Shown: positions 1-11,493, counted from the first letter of the stretch. The stretch: 64,000 nt of DNA from Hemiscyllium ocellatum (GCF_020745735.1 NC_083406.1:46932255-46996254), one strand, 5' to 3'. The notes: generated from the letters alone by a model not told the origin. Numbers and translations: made by a program.

Positions 1-369
1 TACATCCCACTAATTATTCACCAGCCTATGCAGACATCAGTAACCAAATCTCTGTAAAACTTTTCCTCTCCTTTACAAAAGATTTGAATGCTTCCTTTTT
101 GAAAATGTAGCCTTAAGACTCCCTCAGACTGTCTCAATAAATAACGTTCACTCTGTTCCCCTGAAACTTTGTTCCACTAGATTCTTGAGGTAGCATTCAT
201 TGTCTACTCACATGCACAATGTTAGATCCTTTGCAGATAGATAAGTACGCTAAATTTGAATTACTCCAGCACTTGTCCAAACTCAATTATTTCTTCGCTG
301 CGCCAAACAAGTACTTCGTTCACCCTACTGGGGGGGTTGGGGGTGGTGGGGGCGTGGGGAAGTGGGGTG

Positions 370-585
370 GCGTTGTCAATCTCTATGGAACACTTACTTC
401 CTTAACCCTAAAGCTTTGTTTCTTCCAAAAAAAAGCTTTGTTATTTCTTTGACCAACCTCTTTGTCACCTGCCCTAGATTCATCTTATGAATCTTCATGT
501 CCAATTGTTTTTCATAATGCTTTGTGAAGAGATTTGGGATGTTTACCGATATTATAGTAGTACATAACCACAGGCTGGTGTTGTT
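370..585 (+). mobile_element. Degenerate L2 LINE 3' end
   Basis: ctttgaccaa...gtcacctgccc...ctttgtgaagagatttgggatgttt...gttgtt resembles the shark L2 3' UTR; a similar tail occurs at ~17660-17780. Confidence 0.5.
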
Positions 586-857
586 AGAAGTCATAAAAGA
601 TACAGGAAGATGCTGATTAGCAGAGTAGTTGCCCATTGCAGCTAATTTTGGGCTAAGAATAATTCCTAGCTGACTTTTTTATTTTAAGACCATACAAACA
701 TACAAAAAAGGAGCAGAGTTAGACCACTTAAACCCACAAGCCACATTGCCATTCATTGAGATCATGGCTGATCTGTTTGTGCTTTGATCTCCACATTTCC
801 ACTTATCCCTGATAGCATTTGAGTACCCTGTATAACAAGAGCCTATCCACTCAAATT

Positions 858-1976
858 AAAGGAAAATTGTGCAGATGTTGGAAATCTGAAATAAAAATAG
901 AAAATGCTGGAGAAATGTAGCAGGACTGGCAATGTCTGTGGAGACAGAAACAGGGTTAACATTTTGAGTCCAACATGACTCTTCTTCAGAACTGAAAGGG
1001 GTTGAAAATTTGCATTTTTTATTTGTTGAAAGAGGGCAGGAGGAGCTAGCGGATTAGACTCTGAAGGTTACCAAAGCAAAAGACAAAGGGAATGATAATG
1101 CTGGTAAAAGAGAGATAGAGATGTGAAATAGGTACAAATGAAAGGTGTGAGAAGAAAAAAATGGGTGAGCTGTATTGAGAACAAAGCCAGCAAAACACAA
1201 AATTGAGGTGGTGCATGCTCATGGATCTGGTGCCAGTCAAGCTGGCTATTTTCTCCTGGATGGTGTCCAGCTTTTTGAGGGGTGTTGTTGGGGAGCAAGG
1301 GGAGGGCAGGGGAGTGTGAAGGTGAAATGGGTGGTGAGAGGAGTATCAAAATGAAGTGGAGGAAAGAGATCATGCTCTTAAATTGTTGAAATCAGTCTCG
1401 AGCCCCAAAATGCTTAAGTGGAAAATGAGATGTTATTCCTCCAGGTTGCATTGAGCTTCATTCACTGCAGCAGGCTCAGGAGGGAAAATTAGCATGGGAG
1501 CAGCATAATAGTTTATTGGAAAGGCAGGTACCTGGTAATTCCCCTAAGAGTCATTTCTATGAACAGAGTGTAGGTGTTATATGAAGCAGTCACCCAGCTT
1601 TCATTTGGTCTTGTCAATGTAAAGAGACTGCATTGTGACCAGTGAATACATAGACTAGACTGAAAGAAGTACAAGTAAAATGCTGGTTCTCGTGGGAGCT
1701 GTGTTGAGACCTCGGACAATAAGGAAGGAGGAGGAGAATGGGCAAGTATGACACCTTCTGTGATTGCATGGGATGGTGCCATAGGAGAGGGAATAAACAT
1801 TGTGAGTGATGGAGGAGTAGACTAGGGTGTCACAGAAGGAATGGTGACAGTGGAGGGGACGAGAAGATGTGGTTGGTGGCAGCTTCCAATTACAGATGGC
1901 AGCAGCAGAGGAGAATGATCATTCCAAAGATGCTGCCAGACCTGCTGAGTTCCTCCATCATTTTCTGCTTTCATTT
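858..1976 (-). mobile_element. Penelope-like element 3' region (family C) with a short inverted tail at 1925-1976
   Basis: Antisense PLE tail (gcagatgttggaaatctgaaataaaaatagaaaatgctggag), hammerhead motif at 955-992, decayed GIY-YIG-region sequence at ~1370-1700; plus-strand tail gatgctgccagacctgctgag at ~1928. Confidence 0.65.
955..992 (-). ncRNA. Degenerate minimal hammerhead ribozyme motif, family C
   Basis: Minus strand reads GTT CTGAAGA A GAGTC atgttg GACTC AAAA TGTT AAC: stem I GTT/AAC and stem II GAGTC/GACTC are intact, GAAA is mutated to AAAA. Confidence 0.65.
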
Positions 1977-2203
1977 AAGAATCTATTTATCTGTCTTAAT
2001 AATACACAAAAGCACTGTTTCCACCACCTTCTGTGGCAGAGTTCCAAAGTTACATAACCCCTCCAAAAGAAGAGAAAATTCTCCTCGTCTGTCATAAAAG
2101 AGCAACCCCTAATTTTAAAACAGTGTCCCCCTCATTGTTGTAAAGGCATAATACGCAGATGCTGAAAATCTGAAATGAACAGAGTCTGTTGAAGAAGAAT
2201 CAT

Positions 2204-2777
2204 CTACATTGGGGAGACTGGACACTTCCTAGCAGAGCGCTTCAGGGAACATCTCTGGGACACCCGCACCAGTCAACCCCACTGCCCTGTGGCCCAACAT
2301 TTCAACTCCCCCTCCCACTCTGCTGAGGACATGCAGGTCCTGGGCCTCCTCCACTGCTGCTCCCTCACCACCCGACGTCTGGAGGAAGAACGCCTCATCT
2401 TTCCCTTTGGAACACTTCGACCCCAAGGCATCAATGTGGACTTCACCAGTTTCCTTATTTCCCCTTCCCCCACCTCACCCCAGTTCCAACCTTCCAACTC
2501 AGCACCATCCCCATGACCTGTCCTACCTACCTATCTTCCTTTACACCTATCCACTCCACCCTCCTCTCTGACCTACCACCTCCATCCCTACCCCCATTCA
2601 CCTATTATACTCTATGCTACTTTCTCCCCACCCTCACCCCCTTTCATTTGTCTCTCCACTCTGCAGGCACCATGCCTCTATTCCTGATGAAGGGCTTTTG
2701 CCCGAAACGTTGATTTTCCTGCTCGTCGGATGCTGCCTGACCTGCTGTGCTTTTCCAACACCACTCTAATCTAGACC
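2204..2777 (+). mobile_element. 5'-truncated Penelope-like element (family A), GIY-YIG C-terminus plus 3' UTR, 13-bp TSD
   Basis: Starts at YIGETG (tacattggggagactgga); ORF 2289-2516 gives QHFNSPSHSAEDMQVLGL...RRLEEERLIF..GTL.PQGINVDF; GAAGAAGAATCAT is duplicated at 2191-2203 and 2778-2790. Confidence 0.9.
2681..2714 (+). ncRNA. Minimal type I hammerhead ribozyme motif, family A
   Basis: TTC CTGATGA A GGGC tttt GCCC GAAAC GTT GAT. Confidence 0.8.
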
Positions 2778-2821
2778 GAAGAAGAATCATTTCAGACTCA
2801 AATGGTTAACTCTTGTTTCCT

Positions 2822-3236
2822 TTTTGAATTCATTCATGGGACCTGGATGTCACTACCTGTCCAGCAGTTATTCCCATCCCTAGTTGCCCTTGGAGGTGAA
2901 CTGCATTCTTGAACCACTGAAGTTCATGTGCTGTAGGTTCACCTGAAATATCCTTTGGGAGGGAATTCCAGAAATTTGACCCAGCAGAAGTGATATATTT
3001 CCAAGTCAGGATAGTGACTGGCCTGGAAGGGAACATTGCAGGTCATGGTGCTCCTATGTATCTGCTGCCCTTGACTTTTGAGATGGAAGTGATCGTGGGT
3101 TTGGAAAATGCTGTCTAAGGATCTTTGGTGAATTTTTCTTGTGCATCTTGTAGAGAGTGCATACTGCTGCAATTGAACATCAGTAATCGAGTCAGTGCAT
3201 GCTGATGGATCTGGTGCCAGTCAAGCTGGCTACTTT
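2822..3236 (-). mobile_element. CR1/L2-group LINE 3' end (tail ...GGGCAACTAGGGATGGG...CCCATGAATGAAT)
   Basis: Minus-strand translation TILTWKY..SNFWNSLP..WFKNAVH then the conserved tail; further copies at ~1205-1295 and ~17875-18140. Confidence 0.7.
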
Positions 3237-3352
3237 GAGAAAGTGAGGACTGCAGATGCTGGAGATCAGAGCTTAAAAATGTGTTGCTGGAAAAGCGCAG
3301 CAGGTCAGGCAGCATCAAAGGAGTAGGAGAATAGACGTTTCGGGCATAAGAA
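3237..3352 (-). mobile_element. Family A PLE terminal fragment with long tail, truncated inside hammerhead stem II
   Basis: gagaaagtgaggactgcagatgctggagatcagag...ggaaaagcgcagcaggtcaggcagcatc...gacgtttcgggcataag. Confidence 0.8.
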
Positions 3353-4277
3353 AGGCTAATGAACTACTTATTATTTACAGTTTTTGAAAATATTATCATT
3401 TTAGTTACTTTTTATTTCCATGCCTCTTCCTAGAAAAATTGTATGTATCTGTCCATTTTAAAACCCTCAATGTCATGAATAGTTTTATTCCAAATCTGTT
3501 CTGTAGAAAAATAATTAAAATAAAATTGAATTATGAGAATCTATGATGTGAAATTCACTATAGCACATACTTGCCAATAACTCAGTGTTGTTGACTTCTA
3601 CTTAAAGAAGAGCATTGATGTGATTATCTGCAGTGCATCGTCTCCACCAGTATACTGCTTTAATTACTAATGCAGAATTCGGATTCTAAAGTAAATGTTA
3701 AGTCATCCCTAGTGATTTTATGGGACAATAATATTTGTAGGCAGCAGCTTGGCTCGTGCAATCATTGTGGCTTCATGCATGGCTGAGTTTACTTCATGGA
3801 TTTACTTCTGTGCTCTTTGTCAGGACTGTCAAAAAACATTCATAGAAATGAATGAATTAAGTATTTAAATTAAAGCAAAATGATCAATTTTCATGGTAGA
3901 AGAAATCCAACAATAATCAGGCAAGACAAAGTATAACCATGATATTAAATTATGACGGCAACATGACATATTCTATAGGCACATAAACAAAATGACAAGG
4001 AAATCCAGAGGGGAATGTACCATTCAGTGATCACCAGGATAAAATTCCATGCAATATTAGCAAATAGCAGAAATGTTAAATAATTATTTTCTGTGTTTAC
4101 ATGGGAGATGAGGCAGGTGGATGTGATGCTTGAAGATAGGATTCAAAATGACATGGCCACTTCTAAAGTAAAATGTGCAGAGGTATTAAATAACCTAATT
4201 ACACTGAAAGTAAGGGAGACGGTTCAAATGCAGGATGGTTTGACTCCCAAAGGAAGATTGGAGTGCTGTCAAATGCC

Positions 4278-4630
4278 AGATCATAGAATCCCTACAGTAT
4301 CGAAACAGGCCATTTGGCCCAACAAGTCCACACCCACCCTCCGAAATGTATCCCACACAGACCCATTTTCCTCACCTATTACTCAACATTTTTCCCAGAC
4401 TAATGCACCCAGCCTGCACATTCCTGAACATTGTGGGCAATTTAGCCTGACCAATTCACCTAACCTGCACATCTTTGGATGGTAGGAGGAAACCAGATCA
4501 CCTGGAGGAATCCTATGCAGACTCAGGGAGAATGCGCAAACTCCAGACACACAGTCGTCCGAGGTTGGAACTGAACCCAGGCCTGGTGCTGTCAATCAGC
4601 AGTGCGAACCAATGAGCCTCCATGCCACCC
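4278..4630 (-). mobile_element. HE1-type V-SINE
   Basis: Antisense tRNA-derived head, V-domain (ggaggaaacc..ga.cacctggaggaa) and HER1-like tail (aaacaggccatttggcccaacaagtccacac). Confidence 0.85.
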
Positions 4631-4656
4631 ACCATGGGAGGTTTAAAAGGCTTGCC

Positions 4657-5702
4657 TTGGTTTTCTGGGATGTGGTCCTAGTTGTTTAGTCAAAAAGTCG
4701 TTTGGTCATGCTAACTCTCATTCCTCACAGAAAATTCCTCATGCAACATGCATATCAACTCCTCATTCAGCAGCCATGAACCCTCATATCAGGTGCGATG
4801 ACATATTCCCCCAGTCGAACACACATTGCCTTTATGCCTTTCATCCCAACTCATTGAGTGTTCACCATGGAAAAACCTCAGCAACCATGTTGATTTGAAA
4901 TAAAATAAAGATCTAAATATCCAATACAACATCCACTTTAATAAAAAAAAAGTAGATGTTGTATTGGATAGAGAAATATACAAAACTTTAAAAGTAAAGT
5001 ACTTCATCACTTATCAAGACAAGCAGATTTTTATTCATGACACCACATCAAGTCAACTGACTCTTTAATAACTTGTTTGAGCTGTCAATCAATCTGTGAA
5101 CTTACACTGTTCTAGGATAATAAGAGGGTGTGTAAATCAGCTAAGCATTCATAGTCACTTGATGATAGCCTTAGAACTGATGTCAATGAACAGTTATTGT
5201 AATTTATAGGACAGATATTTTCTCTTATCACTGACACAGGATTAAATAAAGTAACATGTCAAGCTGAGCTCATGGTACCTACTTAAGAGGATCACGCATT
5301 GCCTGGTTTCCCCTAAAAATTGAATTTGTTGTAAATGTGCGTTGGATCTTTGATCCTGTTCCTACCTACTGTTGTCAAGCATCTGTAGAGTCTCCATGAC
5401 TTGTGAAAGTCCAGTCCTTAATGTTAAAAGACAAATGTCACAACAATATTTAGGAATGGAGAAAGAACATAGTCTTAGTTTTCTGGGATGTAGTCCTAGT
5501 TGTTTAGTCAAATATTGGTCCTGCTAACTCTCACTCTTCACACCACATCACCCCACCTCTCACACAATACTCTTCATGCAATACCTATGCCAACTCATAC
5601 CCCTCCACTCAGTTGCCAAAGACTCTCATTTCCTGGGCACTGATATGTCCCCCAGTTCCCCCCATTGAACACATTTTGCCTTTATGCCCTTTATCTCAAC
5701 TC
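4657..5702. repeat. Diverged direct repeat pair (4657-4852 and 5474-5702)
   Basis: Both begin gttttctgggatgt(g/a)gtcctagttgtttagtcaaa and end gaacac..ttgcctttatgcc.tt.atc.caactc. Confidence 0.8.
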
Positions 5703-5899
5703 TTCTGGTCTCTGGAACAATATACCAGTCAGCTTAACATTAGTCATAGGGCAAGAAATTAGTTCCCATTAAAGGAGAAAATTGAAAAAACATGGAAACC
5801 AAAAGTACAAGAGAAAATAGTCAGCTGTTTAGGTTTATAAATGTGAAAGGCTTACTCGCTCAATTTCATTGAATTCTAGACATGGTAGGTGCAGTAAGA

Positions 5900-6870
5900 A
5901 GAAATGCTTGAGGAATTGAGAACCAGTGGTCATAGTCTAAGGATGCAGAGTAAGCCATTTAGGACTGAGATGAGGAGAAATATGTGTGAAAGCAATCGAA
6001 TGTGAAACATTTATGATTCAAGAAGAAGTTGAATATAGCACTTGAGTCAGAAGGATCAAAAGATAAAGGGGCAAAACAGGAGCAGACTATTGAGTTGGAT
6101 GATCAACCATAATTATGCTATCAGCAGAGCAGGCTTGAATGGCTGAATGGCCCACTCCAGCACCTGCAATCTATGTTTCTGTATGACTAGTGATAATGGA
6201 GAAATTTGACCGGGATAACATAACTCATGTCAGACTATTTAACCTTCCAAAAGAACTTTGATAAGATACGATATGAAGAGGAATAAGTAAGGTCGGAGGG
6301 TACAAGATCAAGAGACAAGTAGCAAACTGATAGTCAGCTGATTGCAAGATGACCAGTGGGTAACAATTGTAAAAGATAACTACTGAGTGGTATTATGTGG
6401 CAAATGGGGTCCCAAAAAGATCAGTGATAGGAGCACTGTTATTGATAATTCATCTTTAAGGATTTAGATTTCAGTCAAAACACAATCTGTAAATTTTTGA
6501 ATGACATCAAGCTGGGAAGGAAAGGTTAACACCAATGAAAATTAAAAAATTACAACAAAGCTTTAATAAGCTTGCAGAATGGGCAGTTAATTAGCAAATG
6601 AATTTCAAGGTTCATTTTAATTAGAAAACTGGAAATCACATTTTGGAAATAATTATACCTACATGGGGTACAAGAGCAAAGATCTGAAAGTACGAACACA
6701 TCAAGCACTAAAATTTGCCAGCCTACCAATATGACACTTGTGAATCCAAATTAAGCACTGAGGTATATTTTGGCAAGGATATTATTGAAAAGTAGAGAAA
6801 TTATGCTAAATCTATGTTCAACTTTGATCAGATTACACTTAAAGTACTGTGTACAATTCTGGTTGGCATG
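5900..6870 (+). mobile_element. Old CR1 fragments (3' end ~5900-6185; RT region ~6190-6870)
   Basis: CR1 tail (caggcttgaatggctgaatggcccactcc); ORF 6770-6970 gives SREIMLNLCSTLIRLHLKYCVQFW. Confidence 0.7.
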
Positions 6871-6874
6871 CTTT

Positions 6875-7190
6875 TGGCAACACAAATCTCAAGTATGGCT
6901 GAAAAAGACACATTTTGCCAAAGCATCATGCACCTATGAGGACCATTTTAAAAATAACAATGTATCATGACCAGTATTTTGTTTGTGCAAGAAGAGAAAC
7001 CTAACTAGTTAGTAAATGGACTCTGGTCAATAGAGATTATGCCATTCAAATACATCAGTTGGATGGTGACTGACAGTTAACTGCCAAGCTTTCGTTTTAA
7101 ATCAGGCCGGTTGACCCTGACTGGTTAAGGCCTTGAGGAATGAAACAGAGAATGGCTATCACCTATTTTGTTGAGTTGATACCTTACGGA
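6875..7190 (-). mobile_element. Possible decayed 3' UTR of a further PLE family
   Basis: Interrupts the CR1 at its CVQFW motif; the antisense of 6910-6945 resembles a decayed gtcctgatga...gaaa.gctt.gac hammerhead-type end. Recall-based only. Confidence 0.3.
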
Positions 7191-7198
7191 GATATTGA

Positions 7199-7381
7199 GA
7201 GTGTTCTGTTGGAAAAGCGCAGCAGGTCAGGCAGCATCCGAGGATCAGGAACATTTCTGATGAAGGGCTTATGTCCGAAACATCGATTCTCCTGCTCCTT
7301 GGATGCTGCCTGACCTGCTGTGCTTTTTCAGCGCTACACTTTCGACTCTGATCTCCAGCATCTGCAGTCCTCACTTGCTCC
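7199..7381. mobile_element. Inverted (hairpin) family A PLE mini-insertion with hammerhead at 7254-7287
   Basis: 7211-7250 is the reverse complement of ~7290-7330; between them is CTGATGA AGGGC ttat GTCC GAAAC ATC GAT; the right arm carries the long tail ctctgatctccagcatctgcagtcctcactt. Confidence 0.85.
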
Positions 7382-7741
7382 ACATTGTATATATATGTTT
7401 CTCTTGTGTATTATTATACATATGTTCCAGGAACCCTTTCAAAAGGATATCAGGGCATTGAGTAGTGTGCAAAAATATGATAAGGACAATGCCAGAACTG
7501 AGTGCTAATCTAATAGACATTATTTTTAATTTATGTAAAGTTTTGGTACATAGCAACAGTGTGTGTGTTTCTAATTAAGTTTCACGGGCAAGGTCAAAAA
7601 ATTAGGGTTTTGCCTTTACCCCAGAAATAATGAGAATGAGGAATTCACACAACAGGGACTGGCTGAGGTGAATTTTACACATGCATTCCAGTCAAAGCTA
7701 GCTAAGCTGATGAGGGGAGAAGGAATGAAAATTAACCTAAT

Positions 7742-7830
7742 GGAGGCAAAAATAGAAATTGCTGGAAAAGCACAACAGGTCTGGCAGCGTCTGTGGAGAG
7801 AAATCAGAGTTAATGTTTCATGTTGAGTGA
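7742..7830 (-). mobile_element. PLE terminal fragment (family C-like)
   Basis: aaaaatagaaattgctggaaaagcacaacaggtctggcagcgtctgtggagagaaatcagagttaatgtttc, similar to 890-965. Confidence 0.6.
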
Positions 7831-7878
7831 GAGGGCCAGATTATATTTCATAATTCACCTACTGGAGTTTGGTAAGCA

Positions 7879-8197
7879 ATTAGATTAGTTTCCCTGCAGT
7901 ATGGAAACAGGCCCTTCAGCCTAACAAGTCCACACCAACCCTCCAAGAGTAACCCAGCCAGATCCATTCCCATGCATGTACCCCTGACTAATGCACCTAA
8001 CCTATACATCCCTGAACACTATGGGCAATTTAGCTTGGCCTATTCACCTGGCTCGCACATCTTTGGACTGTGGGAGGAAACCCATCCAGACACAGGGAGA
8101 ATGTGCAAACTCCACACAGTCACCCAAGGCTAGAATTGAACCTGGTTCCCTGGCACTATGAGACAGCAATACTAACCACTGAACCAATACGCTACCC
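7879..8197 (-). mobile_element. HE1-type V-SINE
   Basis: ttagattag tail, ggaaacaggcccttcagcctaacaagtccacacc, V-domain and antisense tRNA head. Confidence 0.9.
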
Positions 8198-8771
8198 TAA
8201 ATAAGGGGAGGAAGGACAAGAAAAGCATGGACTGTTGGGCTGAATAGACTCTGTTTTAGCTGCAGGTTCTTCGTAATTCCATACGCTTGTGTAGTTTATC
8301 AACTCCAAATAGGAACCTTGTTTTCTAGGGTTGTCAGATTTTTAGTTATTTTATTTGATTCCCCTTGGGATATCCTACCCTGAAATTAAAGGAGTGAACA
8401 CCAACACCAACTTCCACACTGACATTCAGGTGCTATTTACAGAGTCGAAGTAATGATCATAGCCATGTGAGGCAATCAGAGAAGTTGTTTTCATCCTAGT
8501 CAGGGGACTAAAATTTATTCTCGTATCATGACACAGTATTCATGCATTCAGCGTTTGCAGCTGAGGCATTTTTTTTACTCAGTCCTGGTTTAGCTTTGTT
8601 TCAGGAATCTAGCCAATGCTAAAGAGAGGTGATTCATGCTGTAAGTGAAGTCAGTCTTTTTGTTAGCAATACTATGCATCGATACAAAATGAAAAGCAAC
8701 ATGAATGCTTAATTATTCATTTATAAAACCTCAAATATTGCAAACAGTGAAATCTGATGAATGTTTGTGCA

Positions 8772-8988
8772 GAGGAGATAGTGAGGATTACAGATGCTGG
8801 AGAGTCAGAGTCCACAAAGTGTTGTGCTGGAAAAAGCACAGCAGGTCAGACAGCATCTGAGGAGCAGGAGAGTCGATGGTGTGGGGTGGACCTTTCATCA
8901 CAATGAAGGGTCCTGCCCAAAATGTCAACTCTCCTGCTGCTCTGATGCTGCCTGACCTGCTGTGCTTTTTCCAGTGCCATACTTCATC
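8772..8988. mobile_element. Head-to-head palindromic family A PLE mini-element with 13-bp TSD
   Basis: The minus-strand left arm (long tail) and plus-strand right arm (short end) meet at decayed hammerhead cores (..tttcatca caatgaaggg..); GAATGTT(T/G)GTGCA is at 8759-8771 and 8989-9001. Confidence 0.85.
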
Positions 8989-8999
8989 GAATGTTGGTG

Positions 9000-9600
9000 C
9001 ATGTAGATGATACCAAAATTTGTGGCGTAGTGGACAACGAAGAAGGTGATCTCAGAATACAATAGGAACTTGATCAGATGGACAAATGGACTGAGAGTGG
9101 CAGATGGAGTTTACTTTAGACAAATGTGAACTGCTGCATCTTCGTATGGCCAATCAGGGCAGAACTTACACATAATGGTAAGGTCCTGGAGAGTGGTGTC
9201 AAACTAAGAGACGATAGGGTCCAGGTTCATAGTTGCTTGAAAAGGCCGTCACAGAGAGACAGGATAGTGAGAAGGCATTTCAGTATACTTGCCTTTATTT
9301 GACATTGCATGGAGTACAGGCATTGGGAGGTTATGTTGCGGCTGTTCAGGGCATTAGTTAGGCCACTTTTGAAATACTGCTTTCCGTTCAGGTCTTCCTG
9401 CTACAGGAAAGATGCGTGACCCTTGAAAGGGTTCAGAAGACATTTACAAGGATGTTGCGAGAGTTGGAAGATATGAGCTACAGGGAGAGGCTGAATAGGC
9501 TGGGGTTATTTTCCCAGGAACATTGCAACCTGAGTGATGACCATATAGAAATGAGTGACATAGATAAATGAACATTCAGTGCCTTCTCCCCGTGGAGAAT
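9000..9600 (+). mobile_element. CR1/HER1 RT C-terminal fragment
   Basis: gatgataccaaaatt (DDTKI), tggcagatggagttt (WQMEF), aggccacttttgaaatactgc (RPLL.YC). Confidence 0.85.
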
Positions 9601-9749
9601 CAGCAGTATTTAAAGAAGCTATCAGCAGCCATCATGTTAGCTGCTGAATGACAGTCTGCTGCTGTGATTGTTGAAGTGTTGAGTCGTTCCTAGATATCTC
9701 TAAAGTTGCGGTAGTCTGTAACTCCAGGATTCTGCACAAACTGCTTGCT

Positions 9750-10045
9750 ACCCATGTTTGATTTGAACCTTGGGTGCCTGTCTGTATGGAGTTTGCACAT
9801 TCTCCCCATGTCTGTGATGGTTTCCTCCAGGTGTTCCGGTTTCCTCCCATAATCCAAAGATGTGCAGGTTAGGTGAATTGACCATGCTAAATTGCCTATA
9901 GTGTTCAGGGATATGTAGGTTAAGTGCATTAGTCAGGGGTAAATATAGGATAAGGGAATTGGGTCTGGGTGGGTTACTCTTTGGAGGGTCAGTGTGGACT
10001 TGTTGGGCAAAATGTCATGTTTGCACACTGTAGGGATTCTGTGAA
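9750..10045 (+). mobile_element. HE1-type V-SINE, 5'-eroded
   Basis: ggagtttgcacattctcccc...ggtttcctccca..tccaaagatgtgcaggttaggtgaatt. Confidence 0.9.
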
Positions 10046-11374
10046 TGCCGTCATGTGTATTCCCACGGGATTACTGCAATGATGGGAAAGGAAAGTTTGG
10101 TTCTCAGCAAGCTGCCATACCCACCCAACGTCTTTTAGGTCAACAGGTGCAGATCTCACCTTTATCCTCTAAATTGCTGTAAAATGTTGACATCTGTAAT
10201 GCTGGCTGTGTGTAAGAATCTGGATCCTTCTACACTGTTATCTCACTCTTTCATCTCATGTTCTTTCACCACTTTCTGAGGGGGTTGCCCTGGATATGTG
10301 AAAGAAGAAAGGCAACAGGTAGGGTTATAATAGATTGAGGGGGCAAAGGCAGTAGGTATTTGTGAACACTACTTACAGCTAGTAGTTTGGAATGTGTGTT
10401 GGATGAGAAAAAGGCAGGATCCGGAACGAGGCAGTACATGTATGGGTAACACCACATTTGATGGATTGGGTCCCTCTGCTAGCTACAGTCTTAACAATGA
10501 CACAGCAACAATGTCAGAAATGGCTTTCTCCAGTTGGGTATTGACATGGCTGTGCTTGTTCCTGTCATATAGCTCTTGATATCTACCAACATCTCTGCAA
10601 GAGAGATGAAAGTGCTTAAGTGAATGTGGCACAATTTTTGTGTAGTTAGCAGTATGTGCAAGTTGTGAGGTGTAGATATGGTCATGGTATGAGATGGTGG
10701 AGTGAAGCTGTGTGTTTCTTTTCAATGATAGCTCTTGTTGGTAATTGAGCAATAGGGGCGTGGTGCATTCAGCATAGTGTGATGTCAGTGATGCAGTTCT
10801 TAGGATATTTGACCTTAACCATTTTTGTGAGGGTACTGAATGTTTTGCAGTACAGTACTCCAGATCTGACATTACTCAGACAGGCTATCTGATCCCAAAT
10901 TTGCATAATTTGGAGGATTGATGTCCAATCAACCTGTGCTTATAAGATATCTCTTCACCTCTGTGCACTTTCTGCCCAAGGTATCTTCTCCAGCCATTTC
11001 CCCTGTGTGTTATATTCACTCTTGTCGGTTAGACTCACTTTTAGAAACAGTATCGGGTCCAGCTACAATGTGCTTCCCCTTTAAGAAGAGCTGGTTCTTG
11101 AGAAGTAATACAGGTGAGTGTTTAGTGAAGCTGACCTTGCACAGACTTGCACACTTGCTGCATGTAGCCTTTGAACAGCACTCTTTGTACTGGCTGCACC
11201 CAGTAACCTTCAGAATGAGTAGACAGCACAATGTTGCCGGGGTTATGGAGGTAAGATCAACATGGTGATATCAATAAGTTTTATCCCACCATCATACTCA
11301 CCATGGACTACTCTTTAGAATCAGTCTCGTTCTTGGACACAGACATCTCCATGCAGGGCGAACATCTCAGTTCT

Positions 11375-11493
11375 GGGCTTTTGCCCAAGACATCGATTTT
11401 CCTGCTCCTCGGATGCTGCCTGACCTGCTGTGCTTTTCCAGCATGACTCTAATCTTGACTTTGATCTCCAGCATCTGCAGTCCTCACTTTTGC
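11375..11493 (+). mobile_element. Family A PLE terminal fragment nested in the family B RT
   Basis: gggcttttgccc...ggatgctgcctgacctgctgtgcttttccagc...gatctccagcatctgcagtcctcacttt, flanked by a(t/c)ctcagt on both sides. Confidence 0.85.

Larger units (their letters stand above)
685..2140 (-). mobile_element. Old CR1 3' fragment (685-850 and 1977-2140) split by a PLE insertion
   Basis: Antisense CR1 tail (ggagcagag...gagatcatggctgatctg) resumes after 1977 with ttccaccaccttctgtggcagagttccaaag...aaattctcctc. Confidence 0.6.

Noticed and set aside
8772-8988. MITE/DNA transposon or pre-miRNA interpretation of the palindrome
   Set aside because: The arms are PLE termini with unequal ends and a 13-bp TSD, which is not a TIR-superfamily signature.
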